Assembly: GCF_022045235.1 (NCBI RefSeq)
Contig: NW_027266308.1
Coordinates: forward strand, 28,458,001-28,522,000
Direction of reading: 5' to 3'
DNA length: 64,000 bases
Origin: Haliotis cracherodii
Taxonomy: Eukaryota
A program made the position numbers and the translations under genes. The notes beneath the pieces were generated by a model, which made no database searches, was not told where the DNA came from, and saw only the letters and a list, made by a program, of their open reading frames with translations. Positions 1-19,843 of the stretch are shown here, piece by piece. Each line of letters opens with the position of its first letter. Position 1 is the stretch's first letter.

Positions 1-642
1 GATACAGAATCTGTTGTTATTCACATTTTTTACACCAATATAACTTAATCGAATGTACTGTCTATATGACGATACAGGGGTTGTAAATTGATGTACTTTA
101 TCGCCGAGCCTCGTATTGCGATACAATACTTTATTGCTGTGTCGTTACACCAATAACAAACATGAATATATTTTTTATTAGGAATGCATCATCATTAAAT
201 TTGTAACATGATTGTATCCATGGTTGTCTCATATATTTCACTGAACCTTTCAAAGGTAGAAATTGCAATACAAATGGAAAAAAACCACCTTGCACATAAA
301 ATGCTGCAATCTGGTAATATCGCACATATAGGCTATTGCACTTCGACATAGCAGTTTCACGTTAATACATGTGCCATGTCAGAAACAATCTGTAAATCTA
401 CTCTACACCCTTCATTTACAACTCTGCACTGCCTTGTGCATTGATTGTCATGACCATTAATTGTATTGTATGAGTAAAATTAAAATGTAAACACTAGTTC
501 TGGCTAGTTTTCTTTTCCAACATTATTCCACGTATGTGGTCGACAAAATCTGGAAATATGTATCTCTGATAAAAATTTAGATCATTATCCACATGCATTA
601 AATTAGAATAGGTCTCAATGCCTTAAATCAACATAGGATTAC

Positions 643-697
643 CTTGATTATCATCAGCCTGTTTCGCGAGTTCCTCACTCGGTGGAGCTGGCTCCAT
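643..697 (-). CDS. Probable first coding exon of an unidentified gene divergent from TMEM179 (MEPAPPSEELAKQADDNQ+G)
   Basis: Minus-strand ATG at 697 in strong context (gaaATGG), 18 open codons plus 1 nt, then donor CAAG|gtaatc. Lies in a CpG-containing patch 277 bp from the TMEM179 ATG. No homology recognised and no downstream exon identified. Confidence 0.4.
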
Positions 698-974
698 TTC
701 TGGTTTACACATATCTTCCGACATTTTGAACTAAACCTAAACTCCTACCATTGCGCTAAACATTTAGAGCATTGGGTATTATTCCTTGTGACACTGTGTG
801 GAGTTTATTGATATCCTTGCAGACGGCAGTTATGTCCCTTCTATTGTTAGGGCCTATTGAGAATATACCAGCTAAGTCTTCGCGTTATTTTTTACACATA
901 CGAGCTAAATTCATGGTCACGAGACTTCCGATCGAGTTCACTCCCCTTTGACAGTGTTTATATCGTCTCCAGAA
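698..974. promoter_or_regulatory. Candidate bidirectional promoter
   Basis: Short interval between two divergent ATGs. Contains ETS-type CTTCCG cores at about 715 and 924. Confidence 0.35.
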
Positions 975-3900
975 ATGGGACTTGGAAATATTTTCGTGTT
1001 GTCTCAAGTGACAGCGTTTCTCTTGTCCTTTATTTTCTCTTTCTTCATATTTATCCCCGTTTGGTCAAATGTGAACGAATTCAGTGGCAACTGTTTACTC
1101 TATAGTTCAGGTTCATGGAATCCACAGTCGAGCATTTCTCAAGTGAAACTAAACATTGTGTGGGGCCCAAATAGTGCATGCAATTTTACTATTTTTGTTG
1201 GAGTTGCTGTGTTGGTCCTGTCAATATTCTACATGGTCTGGCAGTCACGTTACTTGTGTAGAGGGATTGACAGGTAAAATATTGAGCTAACAATTCCTGA
1301 AATATTAGAAACATTATCTTCTATTGTACTAGTCCTAATCTGTTCTGCAGACGGTAAATCAAAGGAAGGGTCTGTCATAATCCCAAGCCTACTACAACAA
1401 CAGAACAATACTGCGGTTCTACTGAAAATTCATAAATGAATCGGATTTGTGTGCCAATTTATTTAATACTAGATCTATTTGTTGTGTAAATAAATGAAGG
1501 GATTTGTAAAGGTAGACAAACATTTCTACTATGAGATAGCCTACATATGGATTGTTCAACTGAAATATTTTTCATTCATTGCCATATCTTCTCTCTTGAA
1601 AGTGCAAATTTCATAAGGCTCCTTTTATCTGATCTCATCCTAAACTTGTGGTCTGAAAATCCTTTTTTGTATGTTTTCCAGTTCCTGGCTAGATGCATTT
1701 GTTACCTGTGCTGTGACACTTGTGATGACAGTGGTGCTGTTTGCAACAGCTCTCACAGCAAGTGTGGGCTTCAGGGAGTGGTGCACGCTCATCACCAATC
1801 CAGTATCTCAGATAGAGCAGTAAGTCACTCACATTAGCCAGAAAAGGTGTGCTGACAAAGCCATTAAATCATATCAAAATTAGAGACTGTGGATATTTTG
1901 GGGCAGAAAGGTACTAGGACCCAAGTACCAACGCTACAACTTTCCCAGAAGATGATAAACTCAAGACTATAAATTTGCTATCATCTGTGCGACATGCCTC
2001 ACAAAGAATAACAATTTCTATGTTGCCATGGTTACTGCTCATTTAAGACAAATCATATTATATCAGGAAGATGCGGGTGATGGCAAATTTCAGCTGCTGT
2101 TGCTCTCCCTGTTCACATCTTACAATGGTGGGATGTTTTGAAACATCTCTCAGTGGTTTTGTGATGGAAAAGCATGGGGAGGGGTTACTGTAAGAGGAAC
2201 ATGGGTAATTAACATCTGAAGGTAGTGCTATGACGTTTCCGATTGGAGTGCGTTTTATGTGTCAAAAATCACATGTACCAGTTGTCCCTGGAACTGATGC
2301 CTTCTCAACTCAACTTACAGTTACCCTTGTATGATCACTGAGTACTATAAATGACTGCAATGATTCTAGAAATCATGTTTGGTTTTGAAACATGCCCATG
2401 CCTAAAAAATGCCCAATAAAAAAATATTCATGTACTCTTTATGTAAAGTATATATGAATGATGAAACTACTCTGTAGAGATCCGATTAAGAATTGGTCCT
2501 CAGCAACCCATGCTTGTTGTAAGAGGCGATTATGCTTGTCATAAGAGGCGACTAACAGAATCGTGTGGTCAGGCTCGCTGACTTGGTTGATGCATGTCAT
2601 CGTATCCCAATTGCGTGGATAATGCTCATGATATCAATCACTGGATTGTAGGTCCAGACTCAATTATTTACAGACTACTGTCATATAGCTGGAATAACAC
2701 TGAGTGCTACGTTAAACAACAAGCAAATAGACCACTAAGATGTGATAATAAGGGTAGGCCCTATATGACCTTATGATAATAGACAGGGCTACACGACATG
2801 GGGTGGCTCTAACTTCATTGGACTGCCTCCGTGGTCCAGTGGTAGAGCGTCCGCCCAGAGAGCAGAAGGTCCGGCGTTCGATCCCCGGCCGCGTCATACC
2901 AAAAGACATTAAAAGATGGTACTTGTTGTTACCCTGTCTGGCGCTTGGCATTAAGGGGCTAAAACCTGACTGGTCGGCTCGGAGTCAGTATACTGTGTCT
3001 GAGTGGGGTATTCATGTTAAACTGCGGCATGGTATCTCAGTGAGCTCGCACTATAAATCGGCATCAGTCCGGTCTAGTACAAGCAGCCACACACACACGT
3101 GCATGCACGTCGCTATATAAGTGCAATAATCTTGGACGCGACGTTAAACCCCATTTCACCTCACATCTAACTTCATTGTCAAGTAGAACAGCAAATAGCA
3201 AGATGGAATGCCCAAGGTGTCAAGGAGTGACTGTAAAATGATCATGACGTAACTGGTAACAATACATGTCTATGTGAACACAAACATTTTCCAGCTATGT
3301 TTAGACAGACATCCACACATTGCAGATCTTAGGTGAAAATAAGCATTGACTGGAGTTTTCTTCAACTTTCAGATGATTTGTTTGTTTGTTGATTAGCGCT
3401 GCACTCAGCAATATTCAAGCTATATGATGGCGGTCTGTAACTAATCAAGTCTGGACCAGTCAATCCAGTGATTGACATCATGAGCATCGATCCACACAAT
3501 TGGGATATGATGACATGTATCAACCAAGTCAGTGAGCCTCACCACCCGATCCCATTGGTCACCTCTTACAACAAGCATAGTCACCTTTTACGGCAAGCAT
3601 GGTTTGCTGAAGACCTATTCTACCCCGGATCCTCATGAGTGACTTTCAGATGAACTCTGTACTGTGTTGATTTTGACATGACAGGGTTTTTTGTTGTTTG
3701 GCCATGTGTCTGTGATATTTTTTATGCTGATTTCTGGAGGTAGGCCTCAATTACTTACTGGCATTTGTGACATAGCTGGAATATTGCTGACTGTGACAAC
3801 ATGTACTGACTTAATCTTCACACTTAATGTAATTCAGTTTTGTTTGTGCGTCCTTCAGATGTGAAAATGGACAGTATGATGGCAGGATTGTGTTCACCTC

Positions 3901-5426
3901 GGGGCTACAGATCAATACAGACAACTACTACACAGAGATGGAAATGTCACAGGTAAGAAATGGGGACTGATAAGGGATGGTAAAAAACTTCTAAGAAGTC
4001 GCATTTGGCTAAAAGAAATAATAGTCTTGGTTCTCAGGCACTGCCCGCACCACCATAAAGTACACCGCATGTTTCGTCCATTTTAAGAAAAAATTAAAAA
4101 ATTCTAATCCATAAAAATAATGCAATCCATTATAGCACACAGTTACTTCCCTTTACGTATGCACTGCTTTACTGTGCAACTCGTGCTATGGTCATGGCGC
4201 CAATAGGAGTTTGTATGCTTGTTTATGTAGGGAGGCCCTTTCCCAGGTTGATGGTACACAACTGTTTGTTTGGTTACATACTAGTTTGAACAAGCCAAAA
4301 AACCCACCAAAACACCGCCCGCCTGCACTTTATTTTCAAAAGTCACTGTCTGAGAATTTATTCTTGTATTTTTTTAAGCCTTATATTTATGTGTTTACTC
4401 ATAAAATCAACTCATTCTACCGCCATTGCTGTGAAGACTGTTATGTTCAATGATTTATCTGAATGCATTCAGGACCTAAAGTCAGTAAGATATGGTTTTG
4501 GTGTTCATAATAGGAGTGAGTGAGGGGGTTGCACACTACTCAAGTTGTGTGCCACAAGAAGGACACGTGTCATGCCTGAAAAAAGGGTGTGTGTACCCTT
4601 CCTCTTAATCACCCTTGTAGAATACTGATTCAGTTTTTAAAATGGTTGCCGTGGCAGCCAATTTGAAAACATAGTCCCCATTACACCATACTGGGAACCA
4701 CCACACTCCAATCCACCCATCAGTTTGAGGGTTGGCCCTCCTCACTGAACTCATTATGCTCATAGGTTCTTTCCCTTTAAAATGATGTTTGTTGCTCTGA
4801 AAGGGCAGGTACGTAAAGGCAACATGGCAACTTTACAGTTTTTATTTCTTTAGGGCCTACATAATCACAAATGCTGGACCAAACTTAAATTTGAAAAACA
4901 ATTATAGCGTGAAAAAGATAGGCAAAATTGTCCCCATAAACAAAACATTCAGCCACTGAGGGGATTCCTCTTCCTGGGGTAAAAATGGGTTTCTGTTGAT
5001 TGACACTGCTCAATTTCAACTATCATGACGATTGGGCCGATGCACAGTCTGTCTGCTTCTGCCTTAGATTTTTTAATACCTTTTAACTTTTTTCTGTGTG
5101 CTCATCCATTTAATTACCGTGTCCAAAACTTTTTTGTCATATTTTTTACTTTACTTGCCCTTAAATGATATACATATCATGATATATTTTCCTTACCTTT
5201 TACCCCAAAAATATGAGTTAATATGTTATTCTGTATATATACAGTCTGTATTTTTGTGTTCTAGTTCGGTCTGTGGGCAACGTGGATCTGTTGGTTGGTT
5301 CTGTCATTTCTGTCAGTCATTAAGCTGTACCGCTTTCACAGACAGGAAGCGTTCCTCACAAGCATGAACCGAGAACGTGAACGTCTGCTCCAGCGTGTTG
5401 GACACCCAGCAACGGAGCCAATGTGA
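975..5426 (+). CDS. TMEM179: Transmembrane protein 179-like, 230 aa; exons 975-1273, 1682-1819, 3859-3952, 5265-5426
   Basis: All introns GT-AG; phases 2,2,0 join in frame (693 nt including TGA). Four hydrophobic segments and TMEM179-type motifs: F-x-GNCLLY, WGPNSACNF, SVGFREWC, QFGLWATWICW, and C-terminal SMNRERERLL. Confidence 0.9.
2478..2728 (+). mobile_element. SINE family B (no tRNA head; structured 5' end; (AAAC)n tail)
   Basis: About 260-bp repeat present in 10 or more copies in the window; ends in the shared tail ATATAGCTGGAATA...GTTAAACAAC. Confidence 0.8.
2821..3167 (+). mobile_element. tRNA-derived SINE family E (central domain resembling Meta/MESC), near full length
   Basis: A box GTGGTCCAGTGG, B box GTTCGATCCC, central GTCATACCAAAAGAC..AAAAGATGGTAC, tail GACGTTAAACCCCATTTCACCTCA. 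About 10 copies in the window. The domain name is from memory. Confidence 0.8.
3377..3642 (-). mobile_element. SINE family B
   Basis: Reverse-complement match to 2478-2728. Confidence 0.8.
4005..4383 (+). mobile_element. MITE-like element, copy 1
   Basis: Ends GGCTAAAAGAAATAA ... TATTTTTTTAAGCCTTA. Inverted near-copy at 6224-6602. Confidence 0.65.
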
Positions 5427-6223
5427 TTTGGATGACACATTCAGGTGGTAGCTGTCTTCATCTGTCATGGTGCTATGTACACTGGGTATGGAACTCTCCA
5501 TTAAGGAGGAGGATTTCTGTGCCCAATAACTTGCTGACAAAATTTGGATGTCTATATGAAGGAACAAAATTGTGTATTTTCTCAGCACATGAGTTCACAC
5601 CACTTTGCAGGGGTAGACATTTCCAACTAGCCAATGCTCATTTTGGACTCCTGATTTCTGTAAAATGACTAGATTCTTTCAGAAAACCACTAGTACATAG
5701 ATTTTCACCATAGAATCGGGCGAACGGACTAGTGGCCATGTCTATCCCTACTTTGCTGTACACCAAGATCAAACATGACACTATCCAGATTTATGAAAGC
5801 TATGACATTTTGCGGTGTTACTTGTTTTACCTGTATGTTTCTTACCTGTGTTAGAGATGTTACCATGGATCAATGCTAGGCATTTGGTGTACACTGTTGT
5901 GTATAGTGCTGTTCAATAGAAGGAAAAACAGGAAGGAGACTTTGAACGTTCACAAACTACCCAGACAGGAGTATAATGCTCATATATCGATATATATCTC
6001 TGAAGCAAGGGACCATATGAATTGCTACCTTCCAGTATTATTTCTCAAAAATACCCTGACAATAAATGTTTCTTCTTTGTTGTATTACTGTGGAACCAGC
6101 TGGACAGAAGCTCAGAGAGCTTGCTCATGTGTTCAGTTCCAGGTTTGCCTGGTCCTGACTGGATTATTTCAGACAGTTGTTATATAGCTGGAATACTGCT
6201 GACTGGGGCATTAACTGACATTG

Positions 6224-6602
6224 TAAGGCTTAAGAAAGATAAAAGAATTGATTCTTAGGCAATGACTGTTGAAAATATAGTGCAGACGGGTGGGTGGTGT
6301 TTTGTTTATTTTTGGCTTGTTCAAACTAGTATGTAACCAAATAAACAGTTGTGTACCATCAACCTGGGAAAGGGCCTCCCTACATAAACAAGCATACAAA
6401 CTCCTATTGCCTCCATGACCATAACATGAGATGCACAGTAAAGCAGTGCACATGTAAAGGGAAGTAACCGCGTGCTATATTGGATGTGTTGAAGTATTAG
6501 GATTTTAAATGTTTTTTTTGAAATGGAAATAAAAACAAAACGTTCCGCAGACTTTATGACGATGCAGGTGTGAGAACCATGACTATTATTTTTTTTAGCC
6601 TA
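6224..6602 (-). mobile_element. MITE-like element, copy 2 (inverted relative to 4005-4383)
   Basis: The same spurious peptide YACLCREALSQVDGTQLF appears in ORFs 4211(+) and 6211(-). Confidence 0.65.
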
Positions 6603-7006
6603 AAATGAATGAAAACATTTGCAGCAATCTGATTGGTTTAAAAATACATTGTTAATAGGGATTAGACATGGGTATTTTTGTAGACTTTTAATTGGGTATG
6701 AATGATACCACATTCATTATTTATCAGTATGATCAGTAATTTTAGACTTGTTAGAACAACTTTGATTTTGTTGTGTAATATGTACACACATTTCTTTTAT
6801 TCAGAGTCCAGATATACATGAAATGATCATATGTTAGCATTGAAATTAGACCATTAACTGTGGACCAATCATATTAATATGGACATGACCCTTTATTTCC
6901 CCACACATTACAACTATTGTCTGTTGATGGAGGACATGATCTTGACACAGTACAGTTCCTAGACAAACATTTAGTCCCAGAAATAAAGTTACCTCATTTA
7001 AAAATC

Positions 7007-7155
7007 TATATACCGTCATTCAGGCGATGTTTCTGACAGATCACGATCTGAAAAATACTATCATGAAAGTGTATCCCGTGGATAAGCCGACCCCTTTCTA
7101 CAGAATCTTTTTTCTGGTCCTCAAAATTCGGCTTATTCGCGTTCATATACGGTAC
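7007..7155. mobile_element. Short pogo/Tigger-like MITE
   Basis: TACCGT ... ACGGTA termini; internal inverted ATAAGCCGA/TCGGCTTAT. Confidence 0.45.
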
Positions 7156-7689
7156 ACAAAATAAAAAGTAAAATTCAAATGGAGCCCAAAACAATACTTA
7201 ATTTCGGCTGAGGCAATCTATACTTGAATTGGACTCCTTTTTTTATATATTCTCTAGGGTCTGGGGGACAGACTATGCAGTTCCATGAAGTGGCTTGTGA
7301 ATAATTGCTTCCCTGTATTTCACTGTAGTACATTGTTTTAATCATTTCTAGATTCATACAATATTTTGTTTCTTAAGAGAGATATGTTGATATTTGTAGA
7401 CTATGAATACTGCATGAGTTATGAAATGTTACTGATATGGAGATGGCATATTTATAATATACCGGTAGGAAGAATGAAATATGTTTATTGTGACCCATAA
7501 ATATTGCGGAGTACTCATTCTATACATGTTCAAATCATATCATGAATGGGTTTTTTTCTGAGACAAACTTAGTATTGTGAGCCGAAGACGACATGTAAAT
7601 ATTGAGAGAAAGTAATTAAATTGATGTAGGCTTATTGACAGTATCACTGAAGGGGCAATGTCTGTCGGCACTCAGCACCATACCCAAGC

Positions 7690-7855
7690 GGGGTGGTCAG
7701 GGAGCCTAGCGGTTAAAGCGTTCCCTCGTCACGCTGAAGACACGGGTTCGATTCCAGACATGTGTACAATGTGTGATGCTCATTTCTGGTGTCCCCTGCC
7801 GTGATATTGCTGGAATATTGTTAAAAGCGGTGTAAAACCAAACTCAGTCACTCAC
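7690..7855 (+). mobile_element. tRNA-derived SINE family A
   Basis: AGCCTAGCGGTTAAAGCG...GGTTCGATTCC head, GATATTGCTGGAATATTG tail, (ACTC)n end. Seven or more copies in the window. Confidence 0.8.
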
Positions 7856-7954
7856 CCATACCCAAGCTCAGGGGTTCCACCAAAGTGGTAAATGTCAATG
7901 ACCTACACCACCTTCGGCTATCTTCCCGCATCAAGCTGACACTATGGTATAATT

Positions 7955-8195
7955 ATGTGAGCAACCATGAAAATTGGGACCTTATTGGTGAAAAATCACA
8001 TTTTGACTTTTCATTATATTTTTAAAACTACAGCATCTTTGGAACACAAAAATACAAGCTTCAATTCATATTTATTACAGAGATACATGACATCACACAT
8101 ATTGATTTTCACTGAAGTAAGTTGACGTCAAATGACTTTGATACAATTGTATCCTAGCACCCGTAAGGTCCCTTTTCTCCTGGTGGGGCACATAT
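7955..8195. mobile_element. MITE-like element with about 30-bp imperfect TIRs
   Basis: TATGTG..CCATGAAAATTGGGACCTTA ... TAAGGTCCCTTTTCTCCTGG..CACATA. Confidence 0.45.
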
Positions 8196-8677
8196 CTGAA
8201 CTAAAGTGTCACTGAACAAACCTCACTGACCTACTGAGTAGTGAATGTGTTCCACTTTACTAAACTTAGCAGGTCTCCGATATTGACTCCTTGCCCAACT
8301 GCACCATTAGATCTGCATTTGCTTCAAGCTGCATGTCTTCACCCATCATTCCAGGAGTCATCGCAGCAGATGGCTTCTTGCCTGTTGCATGATGTATGGT
8401 CTTCCATAATAGGAAAATATTTATGTCTCAAATTATGTTGTCAGTTTTCATGTCATACTGAAAAGTATATGAACAAATAAAGTGTATCTATGTACTTCAT
8501 TGATGTTAGAAAATTGATTGCTGGTGAAATAAGATGGCATCAGATGTGATGCCACATTCTGAAGAGTTAGAAAATAGTTTTTATTAGCACAAGTCCACTC
8601 ATCTACCTTATGGTAGAAGTGTAGTGAGGAGTTTCTCAAGGCTTCCATGGAGTTTACTACCGGAGGTCTCCAACTAG

Positions 8678-8908
8678 TCTTAGACTAGTCCAGCAGACTA
8701 ACATAGAGCATCTGCCTAGAGAGCGAAAGGTTGGTGGCCAATCATACAAAAAGACATTAAAAGATGGCACTTGCTGTTTCCCTGCCTGGTATGTGGCATT
8801 AAGGGGATAATGCTGGCCAGCTCCGAGGTAGTATAATGTTTGAGTGCACGAGGGCATACAAGTGAAATATCTTTAACGTGATGTTAAACCCCATTTCACC
8901 TCACCTCA
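8678..8908 (+). mobile_element. SINE family E, degraded
   Basis: AAAGACATTAAAAGATGGCAC... and tail GTTAAACCCCATTTCACCTCACCTCA. Confidence 0.7.
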
Positions 8909-10009
8909 TTTTGAACACTGAATCAAGCTATCGTCTCTGCTTTATGGGATATTTAGATGCAGACAGTGTCTTCATTTGGGCAATATTTCTTTAAAAATGT
9001 TTAGCTTTTTACTAAGAATTTTGTGACTTCTTTGATTAGCATTTGGAAGTTGATCAAGGACAAGAACTTAGGATAAAAAAAAATTCTATTACAATTGAGG
9101 TGGCGTTTTGGTGTAGATTCTATCACCTATTTCAGTCAAGAGATGTACAGCAAGGTGAAGTATACTGTCCTCTACCCTTGTTTGAAATATACCCCATACG
9201 CAATCACATCAAACATTCCTGATTTTTTAAAAACATGTTTGAAAAAAACCTAATAATTAATAGGTATATTTATTGGGATCTAATAGTATAATAGTGTGCA
9301 TTGTACCAAAAGAGAGGATTGTACTCCCTACACATACAACCATCCAGTTCTTGGTGAAGATTGGATATCTATGTCTGCCTGACCCCTTTCGGTTCGCGAG
9401 AACTAGTGACTGTAGTTGTCCTAAAAAACAATGCCTTCACACAAAAACAAACACAAATCTTAGTGAATAAGTATTTTAATAACTAGTGTCTTTGACTAGT
9501 TTAATACCCAAAAACAAATGTGACCATTCTCGGTACAAATATTTCATTGTATGTACAGTGTAGGTAAAATATACATAAAATTAACAATCTAAATACAGCG
9601 TAAAGTGTATTTAGGAAGACCATTACCTTCCACCAAATTTTGATTTTGTAAGGCTGATAAATTAGTGTAGAAGTAAAAATGGGCTGAGTAAAACCATGTG
9701 TATAACCAGGGAAAACAACCATCAGAATAGGAAAATAGTGCTATATGTAAAATTACAGTGCCAACACTTGACAACATTTGGGGAACTCTAAGTTTAAACT
9801 CACAACCATAGCATGATCTTACTCTCTGTAAAAGAGGTCTCACTTCTTGTCTATCTTCACAAAAGAGATATGTAATAGAAACAGTTTCATTATCAGAAAT
9901 GTAGAGAAATATGGTGCAGAAAGCCAACTGACAACACCTTAATACTGATAAAAGTAATCAGGCCCATACAGCAGCCATACAATGGAAACCACATGCAGTT
10001 TCAGACACT

Positions 10010-10470
10010 ATAGTGGTGGTATAAGAATAATGGTGTTAGAGGTGTAGGCGATGGTGGTGTTGGTGGAGTGGATGCTGGTGTGAGCTATGGTGTTGGTGGA
10101 ATGGATGTCGGTGTAGGCAGTGGTGTGTTGGTGTGGGTGATGGTGGAGTGGGTATTGGTGTGGGTGATGGTGGTGTTGGTGGAGTGGGTATTGGTGTGGG
10201 CAGTGGTGTTTTGGTGTGGGTGATGGTGGTGTTGGAGTGGGTGTTGGTGTTGTTGGTGGAGTGGGTGTTGGTGTGTGCAGTGGTGGTTTTGGTGGAATGG
10301 ATGTTGGTGTGGCAAGGGTGTGTTGGTATGGGGGAGGTGGGGTTGTTGGAGTGGATGTTGGTGTGGGCAGTGGTGGTTTTGGTGTTGGTGTGGGCGTTGG
10401 TGGTGTTGGTGGAGTGGATGTTGGTGTGGGCAATGGAGGTGTTGGTGTAGTGAGTGTAAGGCGTGGTATT
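10010..10470. repeat. G/T-rich degenerate minisatellite (GGTGTT / GGAGTGGATGTTGGTGTGGGC units)
   Basis: Low-complexity tract that is open in several frames on both strands. Confidence 0.85.
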
Positions 10471-10523
10471 GTTTTCCTAACCTTAAAATCCAACAATGTC
10501 ATATTTTCTCATTTATCATTTTC

Positions 10524-10610
10524 TATATGAAGGGTTGGAAAGCAAAACAGCCTAAGTCCTACTTAGGACAAGTAGGACTTAGGCTGTTTTGCTTTCCAAC
10601 CCTTCATATA
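10524..10610. mobile_element. 87-bp perfect palindrome (41-bp arms, 5-nt loop); mariner-type mini-MITE candidate
   Basis: TATATGAAGGGTTGGAAAGCAAAACAGCCTAAGTCCTACTT-aggac-exact reverse complement; TA-flanked. Confidence 0.7.
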
Positions 10611-12426
10611 CGCTTCAGATAAGCAAACAAACTTTTGTTGGTTAAATTCGATGACAAAACAAATCCTCATCAGTGACGACAGCAGGTGAAGAGTATAGGC
10701 ACAACAGGCATTAAGTCCTGTAATTGTACAATTCGTCTTGATGAGATTTTCACAACAATGGATGTCAATCCATACAGCTGGTTCGATGAAAGTAACAACG
10801 CCTCCTATCTCCGAAAAATATGAAAAATAATAGGAGGATATGTTATCACAGGAAGATTCAATATAGTCTTACATAGCAAACTGCACCTACAAAGAGCACA
10901 CTGTTAAATACAGCACAAACTCCAACATATCTACATACATGGTTATAGAAGAAACAACACTGAACATGCCCTATTGTGAAGATGGTGAAAATGACAACCC
11001 ACGATAATATAGAGGTAAATAAGCTACATACAATACTTTATACACTACAATGTTAAATGCAAAGCAAAATGATACACGGCTCTGCATTTTCAGATCAGCA
11101 ACACGTGTAGATCAGTCATTATTCCACATGTACATTTAGTCTCATTGAATACACAGCTGTATAACAGCAAATGATACATTATACCAGTTACTCCCTCACC
11201 AAGTTCAAGATATCCATTTTATTTTTCAGTGTCAGTAAAATGTTCGAGACAGAATTCTTGGTCAGGATATTTTCAAACAAACGATAGCTACAAATAATGT
11301 ATATTTTCATGCCATAATTAAGTATTTTCTTCCATCTCAGAACATTTCTGCCCAGGCTCTTCCTTTATATAGATAAGGGTTTCAGAGCCATCTGTCTGCT
11401 GAAATATACCCCTTTCGACCAAACAAAAAAGCTTTGGAAAATTATGAAACGATAAACATAATTATCATGACTGAAACTGAAATTGCACACATTTATCAAA
11501 CAATAAATAGAACAGCTAATAACAGTAAAATTACACTTTGGCAGTGGAAACATTGACAAACATTTATTCATATAGATATAAAAAGTGACAAATGAACTCA
11601 TAAATTCTTATGAACAGATTGAATTTCATGGATACTCATAGAAAATATACTACTAATATAACTCAAGTAATGTCAAGATGTAAGTAATATGATACTTTGA
11701 AAGTAAGGTTTTTCTTAATTACCTACTGCCTTTAGTTTACCATACAACACATTAATCAACAGGCACCTTACCAAAGTGGCAGGTGTAACAGAAGCCAAGT
11801 GGGGATGATAACATGCATAGTACAATCAAATGATTATTCACCATAAGAGACCTTTAACATGTTCATATTCATATGTGTTACAAACCTTGTCAAAATACTG
11901 AGGAAGCTGATTTTAAAGAAATCCCACTTAATCTCTATATAAATTACACCAATTGAAATAATCATACCATGGATGGCTGTTTGAATTTCATGCAATGAAA
12001 ATCAACAAAGCCATGTCAGTAAAGTACCCCATTGATGAAGAGATAGAGGTTTGGATTTCAACATCTTTCATTCCTTCACACCGATGTCTTGGTACTCTTA
12101 TTTCATTGACTACATCTTCTAAATGGCACTAAAAGACAAAGTACCTGCTTGTTCTATAAATTGATCTGCATCACCACAGGAAATGTATATGTAGTGATTG
12201 GTGATTAACTAAATATACTTTTCAGCTTCAGTGAACACTTGACAAGACTCCTTATTACATGTACATGTATATACTATATCACAGTGATAATGGTTCAAAC
12301 AGGCTGTGAGATATATTTTCCCCGGTAGGTATATGGCATTCTAGTCATGCATGTGCCCAGCAGACTAGTGTAGCACTAAGCAGTTCTTGATTACTTTTGG
12401 AATGGAAGTATCACTTCCCTAATTTT

Positions 12427-19029
<6,603 letters not shown>

Positions 19030-19843
19030 TCAGGCTGAAACAGACAATTGTTAAAAACGATTACTCAACCGGCTACCTAACATATAACATATTTTTGTAA
19101 ATGACACAAGTCCAAGTTGATAATAAACTACAGTGATCAAGTTCAACATGTCAGCGATGTGGATAATTTGCGGTTTGGCAACTAAGGGATGCCCCGTCAC
19201 ATCGCCGTTATTATTGCATACAAATGTATAAACTGCAAAAATGAACTGACAAGCCATGTAAATAACTAATAACTTACTTGTATTATCGAAATCGAAAGCT
19301 AAATAATGATAAACAATGTGTATCAGTCCATTTTGTGAGGGAAATCCATGTACCTAGTCCGTCAATAAATCGTAAACATGGCCGACTTTCCCGTCTTAGG
19401 TAAATTCCCGCTAGGTGGCGTGGAGGAATGTGATAAAAAGTTTTTATAGCCTGTTTCAATATTATTATCCTTGGGAACCCCATGGCGTGCATGGAATGCA
19501 GAATATGCAGGGAAATGTCACTGTCACCTAAATATATTAGCAAACTGATTATTTCCACGTTCATTAGAAATGTAGAACACAGTAACGTTGGAAACTATTG
19601 AATTTATGATTACATGGAATTAGATTATATGGGGTGATATTTAGGATATAAACATTATGTTTGCGGGTGCTACTGACTATTTAACACTCGCGCATGCGAA
19701 TATTTCCATCAAGCCTGGAAAAGGCCAAACATGTCAAATATTTATTTGAAATTTAATTAGATAACATTTAACATATCTAATACACTGGTTATGACAGCGC
19801 CCTCTGTTAGCAGATTGACTATATTCTATGCCCAGAATATCAT

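Noticed and set aside
2773-3120. Recurrent short ORFs ([10 protein letters not shown]..., DDLIDNQ..., [14 protein letters not shown]...) as a peptide gene family
   Set aside because: They are translations of SINE and MITE copies with inconsistent starts and frames.
10008-10622. Pro/Thr-rich or Gly/Val-rich proteins (extensin- or shell-protein-like ORFs)
   Set aside because: The tract is open in several frames on both strands because it is low complexity, and I found no convincing start or splice linkage.
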